From contig CAXHJY010000987.1 of NCBI GenBank assembly GCA_964016885.1, forward strand, positions 1-25,625: a stretch of DNA of 25,625 nucleotides, in the 5' to 3' direction. The number at the start of each line of letters is the position of its first letter. Positions within the stretch are counted from its first letter, which is position 1. The notes under the pieces are model-generated. The model saw only the letters and a list, made by a program, of their open reading frames with translations, ran no database searches and was not told the DNA's origin. Of the stretch, positions 12,001 to 24,996 are shown in pieces. The position numbers and the translations under genes are program-made. This DNA is from Eledone cirrhosa. Its lineage: Eukaryota.

Positions 12001-15000
12001 TCTGTTTGACTGCCTCTCTCTCTGTCTATACCTATGTCTCTCACTCTCTCTGTCTATACCTATGTCTCTCTCTCTCTCTGTTTGACTGTCTCTCTCTCTG
12101 TCTATACCTATGTCTCTCTCTCTCTCTGTTTGACTGTCTCTCTCTCTGTCTATACCTATGTCTCTCTCTCTCTCTGTTTGACTGCCTCTCTCTCTGTCTA
12201 TACCTATGTCTCTCTCTCTCTCTGTTTGACTGCCTCTCTCTCTGTCTATACCTATGTCTCTCTCTCTCTGTTTGACTGTCTCTCTCTCTGTCTATACCTA
12301 TCTATCTCTCTCTCTCTCTCTGTTTGACTGTCTCTCTCTGTCTATACCTATGTCTCTCTCTCTCTCTGTTTGACTGTCTCTCTCTCTGTCTATACCTATG
12401 TCTCTCTCTCTCTCTCTCTGTTTGACTGTCTCTCTCTCTGTCTATACCTATGTCCCTCACACTCTCTGTTTGACTGCCTCTCTCTCTGTCTATACCTATG
12501 TCTCTCACTCTCTCTGTTTGACTGCCTCTCTCTCTGTCTATACCTATGTCTCTCACTCTCTCTGTCTATACCTATGTCTCTCTCTCTCTCTGTTTGACTG
12601 TCTCTCTCTGTCTATACCTATGTCTCTCTCTCTCTCTGTTTGACTGTCTCTCTCTGTCTATACCTATGTCTCTCTCTCTCTGTTTGACTGTCTCTCTCTC
12701 TGTCTATACCTATGTCCCTCACACTCTCTGTTTGATTGCCTCTCTCTCTGTCTATACCTATGTCTCTCTCTCTCTGTTGACTGTCTCTCTCTCTGTCTAT
12801 ACCTATGTCTCTCACTCTCTCTGTTTGACTGTCTCTCTCTGTCTATACCTATGTCTCTCTCTCTCTGTTTGACTGTCTCTCTCTCTGTCTATACCTATGT
12901 CTCTCTCTCTCTCTGTTTGACTGTCTCTCTCTCTGTCTATACCTATGTCTCTCTCTCTCTCTGTTTGACTGTCTCTCTCTGTCTATACCTATGTCTCTCA
13001 CTCTCTCTGTCTATACCTATGTCTCTCTCTCTCTCTGTTTGACTGTGTCTCTCTCTGTCTATACCTATGTCTCTCTCTCTCTCTGTTTGACTGTCTCTCT
13101 CTCTGTCTATACCTATGTCCTCTCACTCTCTCTCTTTGACTGCCTCTCTCTCTGTCTATACCTATGTCTCTCTCTCTCTCTGTTTGACTGCCTCTCTCTC
13201 TGTCTATACCTATGTCTCTCTCTCTCTCTGTTTGACTGTCTCTCTCTCTGTCTATACCTATGTCTCTCTCTCTCTCTCTCTGTTTGACTGTCTCTCTCTG
13301 TCTATACCTATGTCTCTCTCTCTCTCTGTTTGACTGTCTCTCTCTCTGTCTATACCTATGTCTCTCTCTCTCTGTTTGACTGTCTCTCTCTCTGTCTATA
13401 CCTATGTCTCTCACACTCTCTGTTTGACTGTCTCTCTCTCTGTCTATACCTATGTCTCTCTCTCTCTGTTTGACTGTCTCTCTCTCTGTCTATACCTATG
13501 TCTCTCACTCTCTCTGTTTGACTGTCCTCTCTCTGTCTATACCTATGTCTCTCTCTCTCTCTGTTTGACTGTCTCGCTCTCTGTCTATACCTATGTCTCT
13601 CTCTCTCTCTGTTTTGACTGTCTCTCTCTCTGTCTATACCTATGTCTCTCTCTCCTCTGTTTGACTGTCTCTCTCTCTGTCTATACCTATGTCTCTCTCT
13701 CTCTCTCTGTTTGACTGTCTCTCTCTCTGTCTATACCTTTGTCTCTCTCTCTGTTTGACTGTCTCTCTCTCTGTCTATACCTATGTCTCTCTCTCTCTCT
13801 TTCTTTGACTCTCTCTCTCTCTGTCTATACCTATGTCTCTCTCTCTGTTTGACTGTCTCTCTCTCTCTGTCTATACCTATGTCTCTCTCTCTCTCTCTGT
13901 TTGACTGTCTCTCTCTCTGTCTATACCTATGTCTCTCTCTCTCTCTGTTTGACTGTCTCTCTCTCTGTCTATAACCTATGTCTCTCTCTCTCTCTCTCTG
14001 TTTGACTGCCTCTCTCTCTGTCTATACCTATGTCTCTCTCTGTTTGACTGTCTCTCTCTCTGTCTATACCTATGTCTCTCTCTCTCTCTCTCTGTTTGAC
14101 TGTCTCTCCCTGTCTATACCTATGTCTCTCTCTCTCTCTGTTTGACTGTCTCTCTCTCTGTCTATACCTATGTCTCTCTCTCTCTCTCTGTTTGACTGTC
14201 TCTCTCTCTGTCTATACCTATGTCTCTCACACTCTCTGTTTGACTGTCTCTCTCTCTGTCTATACCTATGTCTCTCACTCTCTCTGTTTGACTGTCTCTC
14301 TCTCTGTCTATACCTATGTCTCTCTCTCTCTCTGTTTGACTGTCTCTCTCTCTGTCTATACCTATGTCTCTCTCTCTCTCTCTGTTTGACTGCCTCTCTC
14401 TCTGTCTATACCTATGTCTCTCTCTCTCTCTGTTTGACTGTCTCTCTCTCTGTTTGACTGTCTCTCTCTCTGTCTATACCTATGTCTCTCTCTCTCTCTC
14501 TCTGTTTGACTGTCTCTCCCTGTCTATACCTATGTCTCTCTCTCTCTCTGTTTGACTGTCTCTCTCTCTGTCTATACCTATGTCTCTCTCTCTCTCTCTG
14601 TTTGACTGTCTCTCTCTCTGTCTATACCTATGTCTCTCACACTCTCTGTTTGACTGTCTCTCTCTCTGTCTATACCTATGTCTCTCACTCTCTCTGTTTG
14701 ACTGTCTCTCTCTGTCTATACCTATGTCTCTCTCTCTCTCTGTTTGACTGTCTCTCTCTCTGTCTATACCTATGTCTCTCTCTCTCTCTGTTTGACTGTC
14801 TCTCTCTCTGTCTATACCTATGTCTCTCTCTCTCTCTGTTTGACTGTCTCTCTCTCTGTCTATACCTATGTCTCTCTCTCTCTCTCTGTTTGACTGTCTC
14901 TCTCTCTGTCTATACCTATGTCTCTCTCTCTGTTTGACTGTCTCTCTCTCTGTCTATACCTATGTCTCTCTCTCACTCTTTCTTTGACTGTCTCTCTCTC

Positions 15001-16353
15001 TGTCTATACCTATGTCTCTCTCTCTGTTTGACTGTCTCTCTCTCTCTCTGTCTATACCTATGTCTCTCTCTCTCTCTCTGTTTGACTGTCGCTCTCTCTG
15101 TCTATACCTATGTCTCTCACTCTCTCTGTCTATACCTATGTCTCTCACTCTCTCTGTTTGACTGCCTCTCTCTCTGTCTATACCTATGTCTCTCTCTCTC
15201 TCTCTGTTTGACTGTCTCTCTCTGTCTATACCTATGTCTCTCTCTCTCTCTGTTTGACTGTCTCTCTCTGTCTATACCTATGTCTCTCTCTCTCTCTCTG
15301 TTTGACTGTCTCTCTCTCTGTCTATACCTGTCTCTCACTCTCTCTGTTTGACCGTCTCCCTCTGTCTATACCTATGTCTCTCTCTCTCTCACTGTTTGAC
15401 TGTCTCTCTCTGTCTATACCAATGTCTCTCTGTCTCTCTGTTTGACTGTCTCTCTCTCTGTCTATACCTATGTCTCTCTCTCTCTCTGTTTGACTGTCTC
15501 TCTCTGTCTATACCTATGTCTCTCACTCTCTCTGTTTGACTGCCTCTCTCTCTGTCTATAACTATGTCTCTCTCTCTCTCTCTGTCTATACCTATGTCTC
15601 TCACTCTCTCTGTTTGACTGTCTCTCTCTGTCTATACCTATGTCTCTCACTCTCTCTGTTTGACTGCCTCTCTCTCTCTCTATACCTATGTCTCTCTCTC
15701 TCTCTCTGTCTATACCTATGTCTCTCACTCTCTCTGTTTGACTGTCTCTCTCTGTCTATACCTATGTCTCTCACTCTCTCTGTTTGACTGCCTCTCTCTC
15801 TGTCTATACCTATGTCTCTCTCTCTCTCTCTGTCTATACCTATGTCTCTCACTCTCTCTGTTTGACTGTCTCTCTCTGTCTATACCTATGTCTCTCTCTC
15901 TCTCTCTCTCTGTCTATACCTATGTCTCTCACTCTCTCTGTTTGACTGTCTCTCTCTGTCTATACCTATGTCTCTCTCTCTCTCTGTTTGACTGTCTCTC
16001 TCTCTGTCTATACCTATGTCTCTCACTCTCTCTGTTTGACTGTCTCTCTCTGTCTATACCTATGTCTCTCACTCTCTCTGTCTATACCTATGTCTCTCAC
16101 TCTCTCTGTCTATACCTATGTCTCTCTCTCTCTCTGTTTGACTGTCTCTCTCTCTGTCTATACCTATGTCTCTCTCTCTCTCTGTTTGACTGTCTCTCTC
16201 TCTGTCTATACCTATGTCTCTCACTCTCTCTGTTTGACTGCCTCTCTCTCTGTCTATACCTATGTCTCTCTCTCTCTCTGTTTGACTGCCTCTCTCTCTG
16301 TCTATACCTATGTCTCTCTCTCTCTGTTTGACTGTCTCTCTCTCTGTCTATAC

Positions 16354-16389
<36 letters not shown>

Positions 16390-19264
16390 GACTGTCTCTC
16401 TCTGTCTATACCTATGTCTCTCTCTCTCTCTGTTTGACTGTCTCTCTCTCTGTCTATACCTATGTCTCTCTCTCTCTCTCTCTGTTTGACTGTCTCTCTC
16501 TCTGTCTATACCTATGTCCCTCACACTCTCTGTTTGACTGCCTCTCTCTCTGTCTATACCTATGTCTCTCTCTCTCTGTTTGACTGTCTCTCTCTCTGTC
16601 TATACCTATGTCTCTCACTCTCTCTGTTTGACTGTCTCTCTCTGTCTATACCTATGTCTCTCTCTCTCTGTTTGACTGTCTCTCTCTCTGTCTATACCTA
16701 TGTCTCTCTCTCTCTCTGTTTGACTGTCTCTCTCTCTGTCTATACCTATGTCTCTCTCTCTCTCTGTTTGACTGTCTCTCTCTGTCTATACCTATGTCTC
16801 TCACTCTCTCTGTCTATACCTATGTCTCTCACTCTCTCTGTTTGACTGTCTCTCTCTCTGTCTATACCTATGTCTCTCTCTCTCTCTGTTTGACTGTCTC
16901 TCTCTCTGTCTATACCTATGTCTCTCTCTCTCTCTGTTTGACTGTCTCTCTCTGTCTATACCTATGTCTCTCTCTCTGTCTATACCTATGTCTCTCACTC
17001 TCTCTGTTTGACTGTCTCTCTCTGTCTATACCTATGTCTCTCTCTCTCTCTGTTTGACTGTCTCTCTCTCTGTCTATACCTATGTCTCTCACTCTCTCTG
17101 TTTGACTGCCTCTCTCTCTGTCTATACCTATGTCTCTCTCTCTCTCTGTTTGACTGCCTCTCTCTCTGTCTATACCTATGTCTCTCTCTCTCTCTGTTTG
17201 ACTGTCTCTCTCTCTGTCTATACCTATGTCTCTCTCTCTCTCTCTCTGTTTGACTGTCTCTCTCTGTCTATACCTATGTCTCTCTCTCTCTCTGTTTGAC
17301 TGTCTCTCTCTCTGTCTATACCTATGTCTCTCTCTCTCTGTTTGACTGTCTCTCTCTCTGTCTATACCTATGTCTCTCACACTCTCTGTTTGACTGTCTC
17401 TCTCTCTGTCTATACCTATGTCTCTCTCTCTCTGTTTGACTGTCTCTCTCTCTGTCTATACCTATGTCTCTCACTCTCTCTGTTTGACTGTCTCTCTCTC
17501 TGTCTATACCTATGTCTCTCTCTCTCTCTGTTTGACTGTCTCTCTCTCTGTCTATACCTATGTCTCTCTCTCTCTCTCTCTGTTTGACTGTCTCTCTCTG
17601 TCTATACCTATGTCTCTCTCTCTCTCTGTTTGACTGTCTCTCTCCCTGTCTATACCTATGTCTCTCTCTCTCTCTGTTTGACTGTCTCTCTCTCTGTCTA
17701 TACCTATGTCTCTCTCTCTCTCTCTGTTTGACTGTCTCTCTCTCTGTCTATACCTATGTCTCTCTCTCTGTTTGACTGTCTCTCTCTCTGTCTATACCTA
17801 TGTCTCTCTCTCTCTCTTTCTTTGACTGTCTCTCTCTCTGTCTATACCTATGTCTCTCTCTCTGTTTGACTGTCTCTCTCTCTCTCTGTCTATACCTATG
17901 TCTCTCTCTCTCTCTCTGTTTGACTGTCGCTCTCTCTGTCTATACCTATGTCTCTCACTCTCTCTGTCTATACCTATGTCTCTCACTCTCTCTGTTTGAC
18001 TGCCTCTCTCTCTGTCTATACCTATGTCTCTCTCTCTCTCTGTTTGACTGTCTCTCTCTGTCTATACCTATGTCTCTCTCTCTCTCTGTTTGACTGTCTC
18101 TCTCTGTCTATACCTATGTCTCTCTCTCTCTCTGTTTGACTGTCTCTCTCTCTGTCTATACCTATGTCTCTCACTCTCTCTGTTTGACCGTCTCCCTCTG
18201 TCTATACCTATGTCTCTCTCTCTCTCACTGTTTGACTGTCTCTCTCTGTCTATACCTATGTCTCTCACTCTCTCTGTTTGACTGTCTCTCTCTGTCTATA
18301 CCAATGTCTCTCTCTCTCTCTGTTTGACTGTCTCTCTCTCTGTCTATACCTATGTCTCTCACTCTCTCTGTTTGACTGTCTCTCTCTGTCTATACCTATG
18401 TCTCTCACTCTCTCTGTTTGACTGCCTCTCTCTCTGTCTATAACTATGTCTCTCTCTCTCTCTCTGTCTATACCTATGTCTCTCACTCTCTCTGTTTGAC
18501 TGTCTCTCTCTGTCTATACCTATGTCTCTCACTCTCTCTGTTTGACTGCCTCTCTCTCTGTCTATACCTATGTCTCTCTCTCTCTCTCTGTCTATACCTA
18601 TGTCTCTCACTCTCTCTGTTTGACTGTCTCTCTCTGTCTATACCTATGTCTCTCACTCTCTCTGTTTGACTGCCTCTCTCTCTGTCTATACCTATGTCTC
18701 TCTCTCTCTCTCTGTCTATACCTATGTCTCTCACTCTCTCTGTTTGACTGTCTCTCTCTGTCTATACCTATGTCTCTCTCTCTCTCTCTCTCTCTGTCTA
18801 TACCTATGTCTCTCACTCTCTCTGTTTGACTGTCTCTCTCTGTCTATACCTATGTCTCTCTCTCTCTCTGTTTGACTGTCTCTCTCTCTCTCTGTTTGAC
18901 TGTCTCTCTCTCTGTCTATACCTATGTCTCTCACTCTCTCTGTTTGACTGTCTCTCTCTGTCTATACCTATGTCTCTCACTCTCTCTGTCTATACCTATG
19001 TCTCTCACTCTCTCTGTCTATACCTATGTCTCTCTCTCTCTCTGTTTGACTGTCTCTCTCTCTGTCTATACCTATGTCTCTCTCTCTCTCTGTTTGACTG
19101 TCTCTCTCTCTGTCTATACCTATGTCTCTCACTCTCTCTGTTTGACTGCCTCTCTCTCTGTCTATACCTATGTCTCTCTCTCTCTCTGTTTGACTGCCTC
19201 TCTCTCTGTCTATACCTATGTCTCTCTCTCTCTGTTTGACTGTCTCTCTCTCTGTCTATACCTA

Positions 19265-19299
<35 letters not shown>

Positions 19300-19970
19300 G
19301 ACTGTCTCTCTCTGTCTATACCTATGTCTCTCTCTCTCTCTGTTTGACTGTCTCTCTCTCTGTCTATACCTATGTCTCTCTCTCTCTCTCTCTGTTTGAC
19401 TGTCTCTCTCTCTGTCTATACCTATGTCCCTCACACTCTCTGTTTGACTGCCTCTCTCTCTGTCTATACCTATGTCTCTCTCTCTCTGTTTGACTGTCTC
19501 TCTCTCTGTCTATACCTATGTCTCTCACTCTCTCTGTTTGACTGTCTCTCTCTGTCTATACCTATGTCTCTCTCTCTCTGTTTGACTGTCTCTCTCTCTG
19601 TCTATACCTATGTCTCTCTCTCTCTCTGTTTGACTGTCTCTCTCTCTGTCTATACCTATGTCTCTCTCTCTCTCTGTTTGACTGTCTCTCTCTGTCTATA
19701 CCTATGTCTCTCACTCTCTCTGTCTATACCTATGTCTCTCTCTCTCTCTGTTTGACTGTGTCTCTCTCTGTCTATACCTATGTCTCTCTCTCTCTCTGTT
19801 TGACTGTCTCTCTCTCTGTCTATACCTATGTCTCTCACTCTCTCTCTTTGACTGCCTCTCTCTCTGTCTATACCTATGTCTCTCTCTCTCTCTGTTTGAC
19901 TGCCTCTCTCTCTGTCTATACCTATGTCTCTCTCTCTCTGTTTGACTGTCTCTCTCTCTGTCTATACCTA

Positions 19971-19995
<25 letters not shown>

Positions 19996-20007
<12 letters not shown>

Positions 20008-22486
20008 GACTGTCTCTCTCTGTCTATACCTATGTCTCTCTCTCTCTCTGTTTGACTGTCTCTCTCTCTGTCTATACCTATGTCTCTCTCTCTCTCTGTT
20101 TGACTGTCTCTCTCTCTGTCTATACCTATGTCTCTCACTCTCTCTGTTTGACTGTCTCTCTCTGTCTATACCTATGTCTCTCTCTCTCTCTGTTTGACTG
20201 TCTCGCTCTCTGTCTATACCTATGTCTCTCTCTCTCTCTGTTTGACTGTCTCTCTCTCTGTCTATACCTATGTCTCTCTCTCTCTGTTTGACTGTCTCTC
20301 TCTCTGTCTATACCTATGTCTCTCTCTCTCTCTCTGTTTGACTGTCTCTCTCTCTGTCTATACCTTTATCTCTCTCTCTGTTTGACTGTCTCTCTCTCTG
20401 TCTATACCTATGTCTCTCTCTCTCTCTTTCTTTGACTCTCTCTCTCTCTGTCTATACCTATGTCTCTCTCTCTGTTTGACTGTCTCTCTCTCTCTGTCTA
20501 TACCTATGTCTCTCTCTCTCTCTCTGTATGACTGTCGCTCTCTCTGTCTATACCTATGTCTCTCACTCTCTCTGTCTATACCTATGTCTCTCACTCTCTC
20601 TGTTTGACTGCCTCTCTCTCTGTCTATACCTATGTCTCTCTCTCTCTCTGTTTGACTGTCTCTCTCTGTCTATACCTATGTCTCTCTCTCTCTCTGTTTG
20701 ACTGTCTCTCTCTGTCTATACCTATGTCTCTCTCTCTCTCTGTTTGACTGTCTCTCTCTGTCTATACCTATGTCTCTCTCTCTCTCTGTTTGACTGTCTC
20801 TCTCTCTGTCTATACCTATGTCTCTCACTCTCTCTGTTTGACTGTCTCTCTCTGTCTATACCTATGTCTCTCACTCTCTCTGTTTGACTGTCTCTCTCTC
20901 TGTCTATACCTATGTCTCTCTCTCTCTCTGTTTGACTGTCTCTCTCTGTCTATACCTATGTCTCTCTCTCTCTCTGTTTGACCGTCTCCCTCTGTCTATA
21001 CCTGTCTCTCTCTCTCTCACTGTTTGACTGTCTCTCTCTGTCTATACCTATGTCTCTCACTCTCTATGTTTGACTGTCTCTCTCTGTCTATACCAATGTC
21101 TCTCTCTCTCTCTGTTTGACTGTCTCTCTCTCTGTCTATACCTATGTCTCTCACTCTCTCTGTTTGACTGCCTCTCTCTCTGTCTATACCTATGTCTCTC
21201 TCTCTCTCTCTGTCTATACCTATGTCTCTCACTCTCTCTGTTTGACTGTCTCTCTCTGTCTATACCTATGTCTCTCTCTCTCTCTCTCTCTCTGTCTATA
21301 CCTGTCTCTCACTCTCTCTGTTTGACTGTCTCTCTCTGTCTATACCTATGTCTCTCTCTCTCTCTGTTTGACTGTCTCTCTCTCTGTCTATACCTATGTC
21401 TCTCTCTCTCTCTGTTTGACTGTCTCTCTCTCTGTCTATACCTATGTCTCTCACTCTCTCTGTTTGACTGTCTCTCTCTGTCTATACCTATGTCTCTCTC
21501 TCTCTCTGTTTGACTGTCTCGCTCTCTGTCTATACCTATGTCTCTCTCTCTCTCTGTTTGACTGTCTCTCTCTCTGTCTATACCTATGTCTCTCTCTCTC
21601 TGTTTGACTGTCTCTCTCTCTGTCTATACCTATGTCTCTCTCTCTCTCTCTGTTTGACTGTCTCTCTCTCTGTCTATACCTTTATCTCTCTCTCTGTTTG
21701 ACTGTCTCTCTCTCTGTCTATACCTATGTCTCTCTCTCTCTCTTTCTTTGACTCTCTCTCTCTCTGTCTATACCTATGTCTCTCTCTCTGTTTGACTGTC
21801 TCTCTCTCTCTGTCTATACCTATGTCTCTCTCTCTCTCTCTGTATGACTGTCGCTCTCTCTGTCTATACCTATGTCTCTCACTCTCTCTGTCTATACCTA
21901 TGTCTCTCACTCTCTCTGTTTGACTGCCTCTCTCTCTGTCTATACCTATGTCTCTCTCTCTCTCTGTTTGACTGTCTCTCTCTGTCTATACCTATGTCTC
22001 TCTCTCTCTCTGTTTGACTGTCTCTCTCTGTCTATACCTATGTCTCTCTCTCTCTCTGTTTGACTGTCTCTCTCTGTCTATACCTATGTCTCTCTCTCTC
22101 TCTGTTTGACTGTCTCTCTCTCTGTCTATACCTATGTCTCTCACTCTCTCTGTTTGACTGTCTCTCTCTGTCTATACCTATGTCTCTCACTCTCTCTGTT
22201 TGACTGTCTCTCTCTCTGTCTATACCTATGTCTCTCTCTCTCTCTGTTTGACTGTCTCTCTCTGTCTATACCTATGTCTCTCTCTCTCTCTGTTTGACCG
22301 TCTCCCTCTGTCTATACCTGTCTCTCTCTCTCTCACTGTTTGACTGTCTCTCTCTGTCTATACCTATGTCTCTCACTCTCTATGTTTGACTGTCTCTCTC
22401 TGTCTATACCAATGTCTCTCTCTCTCTCTGTTTGACTGTCTCTCTCTCTGTCTATACCTATGTCTCTCACTCTCTCTGTTTGACTG
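19996..22486. repeat. Near-identical duplication with 1316-bp period (~19996-21170 and ~21312-22486)
   Basis: Rare variants recur at exactly +1316: GTCTCGCT 20200/21516, TACCTTTAT 20361/21677, TTCTTTGACTCT 20428/21744, GTCGCT 20534/21850, GACCG 20980/22296, CAAT 21094/22410. Identical ORF translations occur at 20358/21674 and 20410/21726. Confidence 0.9.
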
Positions 22487-23432
22487 TCTCTCTCTGTCTA
22501 TACCTATGTCTCTCACTCTCTCTGTTTGACTGCCTCTCTCTCTGTCTATACCTATGTCTCTCTCTCTCTGTTTGACTGTCTCTCTCTCTGTCTATACCTA
22601 TGTCTCTCACTCTCTCTGTTTGACTGTCTCTCTCTGTCTATACCTATGTCTCTCACTCTCTCTGTTTGACTGCCTCTCTCTCTGTCTATACCTATGTCTC
22701 TCTCTCTCTCTCTGTCTATACCTATGTCTCTCACTCTCTCTGTTTGACTGTCTCTCTCTGTCTATACCTATGTCTCTCTCTCTCTCTCTCTGTCTATACC
22801 TATGTCTCTCACTCTCTCTGTTTGACTGTCTCTCTCTGTCTATACCTATGTCTCTCTCTCTCTCTCTGTTTGACTGTCTCTCTCTCTGTCTATACCTATG
22901 TCTCTCACTCTCTCTGTTTGACTGTCTCTCTCTGTCTATACCTATGTCTCTCACTCTCTCTGTCCATACCTATGTCTCTCACTCTCTCTGTCTATACCTA
23001 TGTCTCTCTCTCTCTCTGTTTGACTGTCTCTCTCTCTGTCTATACCTATGTCTCTCTCTCTCTCTGTTTGACTGTCTCTCTCTCTGTCTATACCTATGTC
23101 TCTCACTCTCTCTGTTTGACTGCCTCTCTCTCTGTCTATACCTATCTCTCTCACTCTCTCTGTTTGACTGTCTCTCTCTGTCTATACCTATGTCTCTCAC
23201 TCTCTCTGTCTATACCTATGTCTCTCACTCTCTCTGTCTATACCTATGTCTCTCTCTCTCTCTGTTTGACTGTCTCTCTCTGTCTATACCTATGTCTCTC
23301 TCTCTCTCTGTTTGACTGTCTCTCTCTCTGTCTATACCTATGTCTCTCTCTCTCTGTTTGACTGCCTCTCTCTCTGTCTATACCTATGTCTCTCTCTCTC
23401 TGTTTGACTGTCTCTCTCTCTGTCTATACCTA

Positions 23433-23467
<35 letters not shown>

Positions 23468-24996
23468 GACTGTCTCTCTCTGTCTATACCTATGTCTCTC
23501 TCTCTCTCTGTTTGACTGTCTCTCTCTCTGTCTATACCTATGTCTCTCTCTCTCTCTCTCTGTTTGACTGTCTCTCTCTCTGTCTATACCTATGTCTCTC
23601 ACACTCTCTGTTTGACTGCCTCTCTCTCTGTCTATACCTATGTCTCTCTCTCTCTGTTTGACTGTCTCTCTCTCTGTCTATACCTATGTCTCTCACTCTC
23701 TCTGTTTGACTGTCTCTCTCTCTGTCTATACCTATGTCTCTCTCTCTGTTTGACTGTCTCTCTCTCTGTCTATACCTATGTCTCTCTCTCTCTCTCTGTT
23801 TGACTGTCTCTCTCTCTGCCTATACCTATGTCTCTCTCTCTCTCTCTCTGTTTGACTGTCTCTCTCTCTGTCTATACCTATGTCTCTCTCTCTCTCTGTT
23901 TGACTGTCTCTCTCTCTGCCTATACCTATGTCTCTCTCTCTCTCTCTCTGTTTGACTGTCTCTCTCTCTGTCTATACCTATGTCTCTCTCTCTCTCTGTT
24001 TGACTGTCTCTCTCTCTGTCTATACCTATGTCTCTCTCTCTCTCTCTCTCTGTCTATACCTATGTCTCTCTCTCTCTCTCTGTTTGACTGCCTCTCTCTC
24101 TGTCTATACCTATGTCTCTCACTCTCTCTGTTTGACTGTCTCTCTCTCTGTCTATACCTATGTCTCTCTCTCTCTCTGTTTGACTGTCTCTCTCTCTGTC
24201 TATACCTATGTCTCTCTCTCTCTCTCTCTCTGTCTATACCTATGTCTCTCTCTCTCTCTCTGTTTGACTGCCTCTCTCTCTGTCTATACCTATGTCTCTC
24301 ACTCTCTCTGTTTGACTGTCTCTCTCTCTGTCTATACCTATGTCTCTCACTCTCTCTGTTTGACTGTCTCTCTCTGTCTATACCTATGTCCCTCTCTCTC
24401 TCTCTGTTTGACTGTCTCTCTCTCTGTCTATACCTATGTCTCTCTCTCTCTCTGTTTGACTGTCTCTCTCTGTCTATACCTATGTCTCTCTCTCTCTCTG
24501 TTTGACTGTCTCTCTCTCTGTCTATACCTATGTCTCTCTGTCTATACCTATGTCTCTCTCTCTCTCTGTCTATACCTATGTCTCTCTCTCTCTCTGTTTG
24601 ACTGTCTCTCTCTCTGTCTATACCTATGTCTCTCTCTCTCTCTCTCTCTGTCTATACCTATGTCTCTCTCTCTCTCTCTGTTTGACAGCCTCTCTCTCTG
24701 TCTATACCTATGTCTCTCACTCTCTCTGTTTGACTGTCTCTCTCTCTGTCTATACCTATGTCTCTCACTCTCTCTGTTTGACTGTCTCTCTCTGTCTATA
24801 CCTATGTCCCTCTCTCTCTCTCTGTTTGACTGTCTCTCTCTCTGTCTATACCTATGTCTCTCTCTCTCTCTGTTTGACTGTCTCTCTCTGTCTATACCTA
24901 TGTCTCTCTCTCTCTGTTTGACTGTCTCTCTCTCTGTCTATACCTATGTCTCTCTGTCTATACCTATGTCTCTCTCTCTCTCTGTCTATACCTATG

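Noticed and set aside
1159-23602. Minus-strand Arg/Glu-rich ORFs (RERDIGIDRERQSN)
   Set aside because: They are (GA)n translations with the same frame instability and no recognisable domain.
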